Below, piece by piece: positions 38,251-50,860 of a DNA stretch of 64,000 nucleotides. Position numbers and translations under genes: made by a program. Source of the DNA: Chiloscyllium plagiosum (lineage: Eukaryota); the NCBI RefSeq assembly GCF_004010195.1, contig NC_057718.1:12739949-12803948 (forward strand). The letters are read 5' to 3'. Below the pieces are notes generated by a model. That model was not told the origin of the DNA and did no database searches. It saw only the letters and a program-made list of their open reading frames with translations. The stretch's first letter is position 1. Each line of letters opens with the position of its first letter.

Positions 38251-39815
38251 GTGCAGTTCTCACAACTCCAAAAGTACAGTATTCTCTGGGGTTAAACCAA
38301 CTCAGGATCAGACTGCATGCCTAGTTTAACCCAATTTAAAATGGCCTTTTAGAATCATTGGATGGTTACAGTACAAAAGGAGGTCATTCAGCTTATTGAG
38401 TCTGTGCTGTCTCTCTGCAAGTGCAATTTCATAGTTGCATTCCCTGGCCCAAATGCACTCTTCCAGCAAAGAAACTGGAATCAAAGGGACAACTCTGCAA
38501 CCCAGTGATTCCCCATCCCTGAAATAGACCGTATTAAAGTTTAGCTGTAGTGTATAGCTGTTGAAATAACAACCATAGCTGCATCGTAGTGTGCAGAAAT
38601 ATCCTTGATCAAAGATGATGAAGAACAAGCAGACTGATCTTACTTGTGGACTCATTTTAGTATTTGTCGCTGCAACTCAATTTTGGGCAGTAAAATGTAG
38701 TCCTGGACCTTTTTAAAATAGATAGTTATTGTCCTTGGAACATCTGCCATGAAGAGCTTTTTTTTTAAAAGATAAAGAAAGCCAGAGGGGGTCTACGCTG
38801 GATGCATATATATTACAGAATTTACATAATTTTTTTTACTCAGTTTGTCAGGACAATTTGAAAATTATCTTGTGGGTCAAAGGTTTCATCTGCAGTCTAT
38901 AATCCTTTCTGAAATGGGGCTTCTGCTTTGAACATCAAGTCCAGTCTATCTTCCCAAGGGACCTTGGTTGGCTCCTCAATTTTCTGCAGCTCTTAAATTT
39001 ATACAGTGTCCCATCCTAGTTGTCTTAATTGTAATAAGTTTTTTTTTGTCCTGATCATGATAATTGCTGAATATTCCCTGTAAGATAACAGTTATCTGAG
39101 GCACACAAGATGTTGGTACAGAGTTACCACCAGGTTTAACTGGTTTCTGTATGTAAAGGGATAAATGGCACTGAAGCTTTTTGGTGTGAAGTTCTTGATT
39201 CATAATCTCAAATTACTCTCACCATTGTTATTCTTGCTCATGAGAGATGACCACCTTTGAGTTACACAAAACTCAAAAGTGCTGTCTCATTGCAGTAGAA
39301 AAGATTGGACGGTCATGCGTTGCCATGTCTTTCTCACAGGTTAACAACAGGAGTTATTCTCAGTTATTAAACAGATCTGTGTTTTGTACACATGCTCTTT
39401 CTCAAAATTATGTATTGGGAACTTTTGACAGTCACCTGAGCAGGCAGATAAGGCCTCTGTCTATGTCTCACCTGAAAAACGGCATCTCCACTAGTTCAGC
39501 AGACCCTCCATATTGCTGTGGGCTGTCAGGCTTGATTTTTGTATCAAACTGCAGAGTGGGACTAAGCAAGTCAATTTTCTACTTCGAGCTTGTAATTAAC
39601 TGTAGCAATTTATATTTATGGACTATTCCCAAATAGAGGACAAAAGTCAATCACTGAACCAATTAAAAATTGAAAGAAATAAGTGATACATATTACCCAG
39701 GTAAATGAATTGAGTTTGGAGTTAAGGTATAGATCAGCAGTGATCTCATTGAATGGAAGATCTGGCTTGAGAAGAGAAAATTGTGACCTCCAATGGCAAC
39801 CCTATTGCATCCTCA

Positions 39816-40315
39816 NNNNNNNNNNNNNNNNNNNNNNNNNNNNNNNNNNNNNNNNNNNNNNNNNNNNNNNNNNNNNNNNNNNNNNNNNNNNNNNNNNNNN
39901 NNNNNNNNNNNNNNNNNNNNNNNNNNNNNNNNNNNNNNNNNNNNNNNNNNNNNNNNNNNNNNNNNNNNNNNNNNNNNNNNNNNNNNNNNNNNNNNNNNNN
40001 NNNNNNNNNNNNNNNNNNNNNNNNNNNNNNNNNNNNNNNNNNNNNNNNNNNNNNNNNNNNNNNNNNNNNNNNNNNNNNNNNNNNNNNNNNNNNNNNNNNN
40101 NNNNNNNNNNNNNNNNNNNNNNNNNNNNNNNNNNNNNNNNNNNNNNNNNNNNNNNNNNNNNNNNNNNNNNNNNNNNNNNNNNNNNNNNNNNNNNNNNNNN
40201 NNNNNNNNNNNNNNNNNNNNNNNNNNNNNNNNNNNNNNNNNNNNNNNNNNNNNNNNNNNNNNNNNNNNNNNNNNNNNNNNNNNNNNNNNNNNNNNNNNNN
40301 NNNNNNNNNNNNNNN
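39816..40315. other. Assembly gap (500 N)
   Basis: Run of N; true size unknown. Confidence 1.
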
Positions 40316-41049
40316 GAGAGCAAACCCATGTGACAATCATTTTTCCTTTGGGTTTCCAAAGGGACAATGACAAAGCTTCCCTTCAGTGTGATGTATCATC
40401 TTTTTCTGGTGAAGTGGTCTTGCTAACAGAATATACCTGTCACTTTTAGGAATGCTACACCTTTATGTACAACTTTAGTTGCGTATGTAATGGCAAGAAC
40501 TTCTTTACCGGGAGCCTTAAACGTTAAGCAAGCAGGGGATGGTAGTGTTGTCCTGGGCTTCCAGAAGAAGAGCAGGAGGTTGCTCCATTACTTTGCAAAG
40601 TATAAAACATAAAGGCGGATCAGTGAATGAGTTGCATTTGTTGATAAGGATCCCTGTCTAATGATCTCACAGAAATATCCCAGATGATGATCCAGAAGAG
40701 GTGTTCAGGAGAATTTAATAAGGGAAATGGAGCAAAACTATTCTCACAGTGGAGGAATCCAGAGCAAGGCAGCATAAAAAAAATTTAAGATAGTCCATTC
40801 GAGGGTGATACCAGGAAGCAGTTCACACACAGGCTATTGGAAAGCGGAAACTTTATGAAAAGGCTTTTTAGGCAACAGGGTTGATTGAAACCCTGAGATT
40901 GATATAATTGTGTTAGGTAAAGGTATAACAGGACCAAGTGGTATTTGTAGTTGAGGTACAGGTAAACCATGATCTAATTGAGACAAGTTTGCAAATTCTA
41001 TTCCTGTTCCTATTGTATGGGTCTGGTTAACTGCTACAGGTAATGGGAA

Positions 41050-41790
41050 CATTCAGAATAGGAGCAGGAGTAGGCCATTCAGGTCCAGAACTTGCTCAGC
41101 CATCCAATAAGATCATGGCTGATCAGTTTGTGTTTCAAATTCCACATTCCCATCTATCCCTGGTAACACTAGATTCCCTTCCCTAACAAGAATCTATTGA
41201 TCTTTTCCTTAAAAATAGTCAATGTCTGTACTTCCACCACCTTCTGAGGCAGCGAGTGCCAAAGCTGCGTAACTTTCAGCGAGAAAAAAATTCTCCCTAT
41301 CACAATCCTCAAGTTGCACCCCCTCATTTTTAAGTTCTGACCTCAGCCACAAGGCAAAAAAGTTCCTTTCCATGTTGATATTGTCAAGCCTTTTCAGGAT
41401 CCTATGCATTTCAGTTGTCACCCTTCACTCTTCTAAAATTGAAACAAGCTCAGCCTGTCTAATCTATTCCCGTAAGGAAACCCATTCATTTCAAATGTAA
41501 ATCTGGTTAACCTTCCCTTTGAAACTCCTCCAACACATTGACTTGCTTCCTCAAATAAGAAGACCAAAACTGTACAATTGTTCAAGATGTGGTCTCACCA
41601 ATTCTCTGTATAACATCTTTCCTTTCATGTTCAGTTCCTTTCATAATAAAGGACAGGATTCCTTTAGCATTCTTGATTACATGCTGCACCAGATTACTAA
41701 CATTTTATGACTTATGCAAGAAAGCACTTAACTCGCTCTGCATCTCAGAATTCCACAGTTATTCTCCTTTTAATCATGGTTTTTTTTAAT
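41050..41790 (-). mobile_element. Decayed CR1 LINE 3' portion
   Basis: ATAGGAGCAGGAGTAGGCCATTCAG-type CR1 3' end in reverse orientation plus ORF2 remnants. Confidence 0.7.
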
Positions 41791-42109
41791 CCTACCTGCG
41801 TACGCATGTGCACGTGTGTGTGTGTGTGAGAGAGAGAGAGAGAAGTGGGAACATCCCCTCCCGTGTGTGCACCATAAATGACTCAATAACAGGCTCTGAG
41901 TGCATCCCAACTCTCTTTGCAGGGCTACACAGTCCCTAAGTAAACATTCACATTTTCCCACATTACACTCAAACTGCAATACTTTTGAACATTAATATCC
42001 ATCTGCAGATTCCATATATCCACTTCACAACATATTTCCCTACCTGTCTATGTGTAGTCTGCGAATTTCGCTACCATGCCTTCACACACATCATCTATGG
42101 TGTGGAGGT

Positions 42110-42872
42110 GCCGGTGCCAGTCAGGGAACACTTCAACGGTAAAGGGCATTCGGCCTCGGATCTTCAGGTGACCATCCTCCTAGGCGAACTTCGGGATATG
42201 CAACAATGCAGAGTGGCCGAGCAGAGGCTGATACCCAAGTTTGGTACCCCTGGGGATGACCTCAACCGGGACCTCGGGTTCATGCCACACTACAGGTGAC
42301 CCCACTACACCATACACTCTCACACATGCATACACACACACGTTTACATACTCACACAGAGCCTCTCTTTTCCACATGCTGTCTCTCAGACGCACACACA
42401 CATACACACCCCACACTCACACCCATGCACACACTCAAAAAACACACAACCTGCAGGCAGTCAATCCATGTAACATTTTATAATTTCCTACTTTGGAAAT
42501 AGAACCAGTTTGATTCAAGATTGGGATACAGACAGACTCTAACCTCACACCTTTAATACATTGTCTGAGCTGAGATGTCACTTTTTTCATAAAACCTTAA
42601 GTTATCTCGAGAATGTGACTTAAAAGAAGTTCTGGGATTAACATATTAATGAACTGAAACCTGCAACCCATTCTAAAAGATGAAAGACTTAACAGCAATC
42701 TAGATTCATTCAATATATCATTTTAATTGCTTGATACTGTGATCTTTTGCTATAAATTCTATGTCTTATGATCCTGCCCCACTAGTTACCTGATGAAGGA
42801 ACAGTGCTCTGAAAGCTAATACTTCCAAATAAACCTGTTGGACAATAACTTGGTGTTGTGTGATTTTTAACT
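42110..42872 (+). mobile_element. PLE family B remnant (GIY-YIG C-terminus, CA-rich 3' UTR, hammerhead motif)
   Basis: PVREHFNGKGHSASDLQV..RVAEQRLIPKFGT..DLNRDLGFMPHYR* ending 42299; CTGATGAAGGAACAGTGCTCTGAAAGCTA at 42790-42818; terminus matches the arms of the 24857-25074 palindrome. Confidence 0.85.
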
Positions 42873-43014
42873 CATTTCATCTAAGTCAATGATATAAATT
42901 GTTAAAAATTGATGCCCCTAAAAAGACTCCTGCAGACGCCCCCATCACATTCTGCCAATCAGGCAAGAGTTCATTTGCGCTCAGTTTTTTGCTAACCAAC
43001 CAATCTCTATCCAT

Positions 43015-43266
43015 AGGTGAAAGTGAGGACTGCATATGCTGGAGATTAGAGTCAAGAGTGTGATGCTGGAAAAGCACAGCATGTCAGGCAGCATCCGAGG
43101 AGCAGGAAAATCGACGTTTCGGGCAAAAGCCCTTCATCAGGAATTATTTATCTCTCCACCCCAAGGCTTCCAGCCACATTCCTGATGAAGGGCTTTTGCC
43201 CAAAATGTCGATTTTCCTGCTCCTCGGATGCTGCCTGACCTGCTGTGCTTTTCCAGTAACACACTC
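43015..43266. mobile_element. Palindromic PLE family A mini-insertion with two hammerhead cores
   Basis: Arms 43056-43144 / 43178-43266; flanking repeat CCAAT(C/G)TCTATCCAT (43000-43014, 43267-43281); intact core on minus from 43140, CpG-decayed core on plus from 43182. Confidence 0.85.
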
Positions 43267-45719
43267 CCAATGTCTATCCATGTTAATCTGTTACCCCTCT
43301 GTACTGTGAGCATTTATTTCCACAGTGATCTTTGTTGTCATCTTATCGAATGCCTTCTGGAAATCCATCCCAAAATGCTGTTGTACAGTAAATCCTGCTG
43401 TTGATCTGCAAATCAGACTGCAGCTATCAAGACATTTTCTACAGCTGGCATTTATATAACACCTTTAACAAAATAAAATGTCCTGAGACACTTCACACCA
43501 AGTCATATAAGGAGACGGGAGGGCAAATTGTTATACTTGAAAAGATAACTGTATTTACATAGAATTCAAGTCCACACTTTATGAGCCTTATTTCAGTTAG
43601 CGTTATTCCACTGATTAACAGCTTCCTATATTGAAACAGCCAATTCAAACCCAATTAACTTCTGATTAAAATATCCATTACCTGTTCTCTCATTCTATTA
43701 GGTCTCAGGCATTCCTTCAGATGATATGCAAAAATAACACAAATGACTTTTGTTGTGAAGTGCACGTAAGGAATTTGCAGATGGATATTAATGTTTGAGT
43801 GAATGGGCAAAAGTATTTCAGTTTGAGTATAGTGTGGGAAAATGTGGGTGTTCACTTGATAGGAAGAATAAAAAAACTGACTTAACAGGAGAACGACTGC
43901 TGAATTCTGAGGTGCAGAGGACGTTATGCGCTCTTGTGCAAATATTAATATGCAGGTGCAGAATGTAATCAAGAATGCTAGTGGAATCCTATCCTTTATT
44001 GTGAGAGGAACTGAATATGAAAGGAAGGATGTAATGCTTCAGTTATACAGAGAATTGGTGTGTTTTAAGCACTGTCTTAAAGAAGGAGAGAGTGGTGGAG
44101 AGGCTTCGGGAAGGAATTCCAGAACCTAATGCTTCAGAAGCTGAAGGTGTGGAAACCAATGGTGGCGTGATTAATACTGGAGACACTCGAGGCCAGAATC
44201 ATAACTTGTTGTTTTGGGAGGTTTGTGAGGCTGCAGAATTTTTCATAAATTACTGATGGTGGGTGGGGGTCTTACGTTGGGATTTGTAAACAAGGCTGAG
44301 AATTTTAAAATTGAGATGTGAAGGATGAACAAGGTTTGGTGCAAGTTAGAAATAAGTAGCACTCAGTGTTTTGGATTTAAGTTTATGGAGACAAATGGCA
44401 GATCAGGGTGGGAAAATACATGGGCAGCTTGAGTTGTGGCACTCCTTCTCTGAAATCAGAGCTTCAGGTGAGAGGCAAAGTCCACTTTTATCTTGTCAGT
44501 ATCCAGCACTGTGGGAGCGATGGCTAACATGAGGTTGAAGGCTCAGCTTCCAGGCCCACATGTGCTGCCAGTGAGTGCCTGAGCACTTTTTACTGCAGAC
44601 TCTTGCAAAGGCTAAAGATGGATTTATTATATTTGTCATTTCTTGCTTTGCATTGTTCACATTGCGAACAGGCAGTGATAGCATACAGTGATGCTTTTCT
44701 CTGACTTTGATAATTAGTTTGGGGATCAGGTTTGTGACAGTGCAAATGGGACTTCCTGATGAGAGCAATTTTGGTGAACAGCAGGTGATTTACAGCGAGC
44801 GCTTTCATGGAAATTTCTGTACTCTTGAGGATTTGACTGAATACATGAAACATAATACAATAATTGTCCCTGTGCTACCCCAAGTGGATGTCCCTTCTCC
44901 TCCCCCTCTCATCCCGCTCCTCGTTCATGGTGGTTATATAGATAGTAACCTCTGACTGTCAAGCAATCAGTAAAATTGGTCTGCAGCATGCAGTGAAAAT
45001 TCCCTTGTTACAGCCCTGCTGTGTAATGCAATACATAAGTCACAGCTTAAAGTGTTGTTGACAGTGCAATTAATGGATGAGACCTTATGCTAGAAGCATG
45101 CCCTCAATCTGACTATATCATTGTACTCTAAGTATATCATATCAGGGATTGACATTACAGATGCTGACTGTTTAGGAATTCAGGGATTTTGAAGCTAAGC
45201 GTTGGTGTTTTAAGGTTTATAATAGTGACTGCTTTGAATTACAGTTATTCTACAACCAATCTATCCAGTGAAATTATTATAAAAGATTGGCCTTCAAATT
45301 AGTTGTTGTCGAAAATGCCAAACCCAAAGTTAAATGAAAGTGAAATAGTGCAGATGCTGGAAATGTGAAACAGAGTCATACCAGACTCAACATCTCTTTC
45401 TCTCTCTTTCTGTCCACAGATGCTGCCAGACCTGCTGAGTTTCTGCAGCATTTTCTATATTTGTTAACCCTAAATTATCATGTTCAGCTGAAGCTACCCA
45501 AATAAATTAGCAGTAAGAATATGTATACTTTCATGACACAATGGATTAGAAATTTAACAATGCCTTCCATTTTCAGGCAAACTAGTACGAGAGCTTTGAA
45601 TATGACACATTCTTGTTCAGATAGAAATGTATTGACCACCACCAAACCCCCATCCCCACCCACCCAAAAGACCATCAGCAACCTTGGTGTTAATATAGGT
45701 GTAGATATAGGCATCAAGG

Positions 45720-45817
45720 GAGTTCTGGATCAATGGTGCTGGAAGAGCACAGCAGTTCAGGCAGCATCCGAGGAGCTTCAGCAAAATCGACGTTTCGGGC
45801 AAAAGCCCTTCATCAGG
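45720..45817 (-). mobile_element. PLE family A-like solo 3' end with intact hammerhead core
   Basis: Minus strand CTGATGA-A-GGGC-TTTT-GCCC-GAAAC-GTC starting at 45816. Confidence 0.75.
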
Positions 45818-45909
45818 TCCAAGACTCTTGGCTGAAGCAATTATTGAGCCCTTTGCATGAACGCTACTTTGATATCCATTGAATAAACGTGGTTGTTGTG
45901 TCTGCCTAA

Positions 45910-46077
45910 TCCAAGGAGCAAGAGAATCGATGTTTCATGCATAAGCCCTTTTTCAGGAAGGGCTTATGCCCGAAACGTCGATTCTCCTGCTCCTTGGATG
46001 CTACCTGACCTGCTGCGCTTTTCCAGCAACACATTTTTCAGCTCTGATCTCCAGCATCTGCAGCCCTCATTTTCTCC
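45910..46077. mobile_element. Palindromic PLE family A mini-insertion
   Basis: 13-bp direct repeat TCTGCCTAATCCA (45901-45913, 46078-46090); short inverted arm plus full tailed arm. Confidence 0.8.
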
Positions 46078-46124
46078 TCTGCCTAATCCAGTAAAGTATT
46101 GCCTATGTCTTGTTGTGATTTATA

Positions 46125-46590
46125 GATCATAGAACACGGCAACAGATTCTTCGTCCAACTTGTCCACGCCGACCAAGTTTCCCAACTTAAACTCGTCCCA
46201 TTTGTCTGAGGAAGGGTCACCAGACCCACAACATTAACTCTGATTTCTCTTCACAGATGCTGCCAGACCAACTGAGCTTTTCCAACAATTTCTATTTTTG
46301 TTTCCCATTTGTCTGCATTTGGCCCATATCCCTCTAAACCTTTCCTATTCGTATGCCTGTCCAAATGTCTTTTAAATGTGGTAACTGTATCTGCATTTAT
46401 CACTTCTTCTGGCAGTTCATTCCACATATAAACCATGCTCTGTGTGGGAAGTTGCCCCTCAGATCCCTTCTAAATCTTTCTTCTCTTACCTTTAAATTAT
46501 GCCCTCTAGTTTTGAACTTCCCTATCCAAGGGAGAAGACCTTGGCTATTCACCTTATCTATGCCCTTCAAGATTTTATTAATCACTATAA
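46125..46590 (-). mobile_element. CR1 3' end containing a PLE family C solo end (46206-46302)
   Basis: CR1 WNELPEEV..TFKRHLD; insert CTGAGGAAGGGTCACCAGACCC... flanked by TCCCATTTGTCTG (46196-46208, 46303-46315). Confidence 0.8.
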
Positions 46591-48343
46591 GGTTGGAAGG
46601 GCACTTGAAGCAAATTCATTTCAAACATTTCAGAGAGAATGATATAAAAGCTCAAATGGTAAAAATGTACAGTATGATAGGAAAAGAGAAGGAGGTGAAC
46701 CTCATTGGGTAGCTCTGCTATAGAATTGCACAGTTACGATGGACTGAATGATCTCCTGTTTCACTGTATGTTTCTATACATGTCCTTAAAGGGAGAGCTG
46801 TAGGCAGTCACGTGACAAGCTGAATTCCATAAAATAAACTTAACCGATAATGAAATTGGTAGCAACAGGAGTGTTTCTACAGCTCTGACGAAACTCAGCA
46901 AACCATTGCTTTTACCCAGTCAGAAGTCTCCTGGCCACCACCTAGAAAGGCATCAGGCTATATCTCTCTCTCACACACACACACACACATGCTCACCTGT
47001 CTCCCCTTCTCTCTGTCTATCTCTCATTTTGTTTGTCCATGTCTTTGAATTTCAGATCTCTTGCTAAGCAAAGACAAATTTCTGGTCTGTCTTATTCTGG
47101 CCCTTAACCAATTAACGTCTCACTGAAGCTTGTCATCGTTAGATCTGCATACTTTGACAGAATTATAATTGTTATAGGATGGAAGGAGGTCATCCAACTG
47201 GCACTAGCTCTCCAATTGCGCAATTCAGCTAGCGTTATTCCTTCTCCTCTCTCTAACCTCGTGCATTCTTTCTTTTCAGATAATGGAATTTCCTCTTCAC
47301 TGCTTCAATTTGGCCTTCACCAACCACACTCTGCAACAGTACATTCCAGATTTTAAGTGCTTGTATGACATCAATTTCTGAACATTTCTGCATTTCTTCT
47401 TTTGCCATTTAAATCTGTTCCCTTTCATTCTGAATTCTTCCACCAGTTTCACGATCTACTCTGACCAAACCCTTTATGACTTTGAATGCCTCCATCAAAT
47501 CTCCCCTCCACTTTAATTTCTCCAAAGAAAACAGTTTTTCTCCAATCTATCCAGTTACCTTAATTTCCTTATGTCTCATTCATTGACCAACTGGGTATCT
47601 ATCATATGCGCATCAATCCATTACATCATGTTTTTCATATCCTTCTGTGTTCAGCGTTTCTTATCTCAAAGATCCAATGTCTTCTAGGAGGTCCTGGAGA
47701 TTTTAAGCCTGTACTTGTATATACATTAGCACTTCCCACAGACTGTTTCAAGGTCGCAGTATTTTTGCTGCAAGTAAGCAATTTTATAATTTGACATAAT
47801 TTCCCCACTAGTTTGACATATTTTTCTGCACTGTGTCCTTCTTTCTGTTTACTATCCTCCAGAGAAGAGGATTTAATCATGTGGAGTGTCCGTTTCCAAT
47901 AAAGTTAAAAGTTAGCTTTGTATGTGAAAGTTAAAATTTTAACATTTAACATTTTGTTTGCACCCTAATGATCTTGCAAGACAATGACCTGAGGCCTTCC
48001 TTTGTCTGACATGAAAGATTATTCTGTGCTATATGTTTCAGTGAAGTGTGCGGAACTATGTTTTATGTCTGTTAACATTTACCCCTCAGCTAACCCCGCA
48101 AATGTGGGTCAGTCAATCCTACTATTTGCAGGGGAGGGGACTCACTGTGCATGCAGTGGTTGCTGCCTACACAACGACAACAACAATCAAGCTCAAAATA
48201 CATCTAATTGACTGTGAAACACATTGGATCCTGAGGGGTGAGATATGAATGCAAGTTTCTTTTCCTTACAATTGAAGGTTTGTTTTCCTTTTTCTCCAGA
48301 TTTCTCATGCCGTTCTGTTTGGGCCCATTAACTGACAGCAGCA

Positions 48344-49357
48344 ATGGGTGTAAAGGGCCTCCAGAGGTTTATGGATTGCGCCTGCCCACAATCGAACATG
48401 TGGGTAAATTTGAAGGAGATGGCAGAGCAGCATTGCCGTTTGCACCCGGGGCATTCTCCTGTTGTAGTGGTGGATGCTATGGGATGTCTCCGGTTCTGGT
48501 ACACGTCAGAGGCTTGGGTGCATGGTGGGCAGTGGCGTGAGTATTTGCAGAGCCTGGACACCTTTGTAGCTGCTTTTCGATCCCATAACATTGAGTTGGT
48601 GTTTTTCTTTGATGGGGTAATAGAACAGAAGAAAAGGGACGAGTGGGTTAAGCGACGGCTGAGGAACAATCAAGAAATTGCAGAAATATTTCAGTATATA
48701 AAAGCAAAGGCAAGTCAGCCAGGAAGAGACATGTTCTTTATTCCCTCTGGGTTGGGCACGTTCACTCGCTTTGCCTTGAAGTCCATGGGCTTAAACACCA
48801 TGTGCTCCCTGCAAGAAGCCGATTATGAAATCGCCAGTTATGCCCGGTTAAATGATTGTATGGCAATCCTGGGGCAGGACACGGATTACCTCATTTACGA
48901 CACAGTGCCGTATCTTTCAGTTAACAAGCTGTGTTTGAACAAACTGACAACTGTTATGTACTCCCGAGAAAATCTCTGCCACTCCCTCCACCTGCAGCTG
49001 GTGGACCTGCCACTTTTAGCCTGCCTTCTTGGCAATGACGTGGTGCCAGAAAATGTGGTAGGAGGATTGAAGAGGTATTGCTTGTCTAGATACACTCCAC
49101 ATAATTCCAAGCCAACTAAGAGAAAGGAGGTGGTCGAGGCAGTCGCACATTATATCTCCAGTGTGACCCGTTCATATGACAGTTTGAGAAAGATAGAGAG
49201 AAGTCTGCAGTACACTTCAACTGAAAGCCTTCTGGAGCTGGGAATGACAACTTACTTACTGCCCGGGCAGTCGTCACCCTGGCTTCTTCACATTGCGCCA
49301 TCTCCAGTGACAAGCCAATATGAAAATACCATGTACACAGACCAGAGGATTTTACAA
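48344..49357 (+). CDS. FAM120B: FAM120B / SAN1 (constitutive coactivator of PPAR-gamma; FEN1/XPG-like PIN-fold 5' nuclease), first coding exon (exon starts at 48300)
   Basis: Acceptor TTTCTCCAG at 48299; ATG in GCAATGG with in-frame upstream TAA at 48329; MGVKGL, VVVDAM, GGQWREY, FFFDG (D90 at 48611-48613), EADYEIA, GQDTDY, LLGND motifs; donor CAA|GTGAGT; 338 codons. Confidence 0.95.
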
Positions 49358-50154
49358 GTGAGTATATAATCCATCGTTTATATTTCAGTGAGGCTGGTAA
49401 TGTTTGCTTGACGGAAAGCATTGATGGAAAGGGAGCTGGCTGTATGTGAGCTATTAAGGTGACAAAGGCAAGGAAACAGAACATTACATGAATAAATTCA
49501 GACCATTTTTGTGACATGGTGAGAAACAAGGAAACACCTAATTAGCCGGGGAACATAATGAACCACCGATGTCTTGATTCCAAGGTGGTAATTGGGTCAG
49601 CTCGATGAACGGCCATTTGACCTGTGAGAGCCAGGGTTATAATCAGCTCAAGGGGTGAATTTGTGGTGTGGCAGTAGTGCACCTGACTCCACATCAGAAG
49701 GCTGCATCTTCAAATCATGTCAGGCTCATGGACCAGCAGGTCAAGTCGCAAGGGGCCAAATTCCACTTGCCCCAAATACATCATAACATATTTGAGCAGG
49801 TTGATGAAAAATATCTATAATCAGATCAAAGTCAAAATTCTGACTGTCTGGTTGAAAATAATTCATCAGGTGCAACCCCTGTTGTTCTTGCTGAGGTTCT
49901 GCAGTGTAAGCCTTATTTTGGTGCAATGAACTCACTGTTCACCTTCCTGCATTTCTGTGACAACCTTACCAATTTTTAGGATGTCCCAAACTGCTTTGAA
50001 GTGTCGTCACTGCTGAAAAGTGGGAAATGTGAGAATTAGTTTTTACAGTTGAGCTTTCACAAACAGCCTGATATTTATCATAAAAACACTTCTTCTTAAA
50101 TGCCATAATTTCCACCTCTTAGGTCATCCAGCAAATCCTGGAATAGTCTGCCAT

Positions 50155-50860
50155 AGAGAGACCTTTGAGTGCAGGTACACAGTTCTTTGACAGTTGTGTC
50201 ACAAGTAGACAAAGTAGTAAAGAAGGCATTTGGCATACTTGCCTTCATTACTCAGACCACTGAATATAGGATTTGATACACCATATTGCAATTGTACAGG
50301 ATGTTGGTGAGGCCACTTTTGGAGTATTGTGTTTGGTTCTGGTCACCCTGCTATAGGAAAAATATGATTAAATTGAAGAAGGTACATAAAAGATTTGCAT
50401 CAATGTTACTTTGACTGGAAGATTTGAGTTATAAAGAAAGGCTCGAGAGGCTGGGACATTTTTCACTCGCGCTTAGGAGGTTGACGGGGTGACCTTATAG
50501 AGGTTTATAAAATCATGAGAGGCAGAGATAAGGTGAATAGCAAAGGCCTTTTCCTTAGGGTAGGAGAGATAAAACTCGAGGGCATAATTTTAAGGTGGGA
50601 AAAGAAAATTTAAAAGGGACCTGAAGGGTAACCTTTTCACACGGAGGTTGGTTTGTACATGGAATGAACTGTCAGAGGAAGTGGTAGATGCAGGTACGGT
50701 TACAACATTTAAAGGCATTTGGATAAGTACATGAATAGGAAAGGTTTAGAGGGAAATGGGCCAAATGCAGAAAAATGGGACTAGTTTAGTTTTGGGAAAC
50801 ATGGTTGGCATAGACAAGTTGGACCGTGAAATCTGTTTCCATGCTATATGACTCTATAAC
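50155..50860 (+). mobile_element. CR1 LINE 3' portion
   Basis: KKAFGILAFI..LYRMLVRPLLEYCV.FWSP..; tail CTATATGACTCTAT. Confidence 0.88.

Noticed and set aside
39683..40449. Six long ORFs in the track
   Set aside because: Artefacts of translating through the 500-N gap
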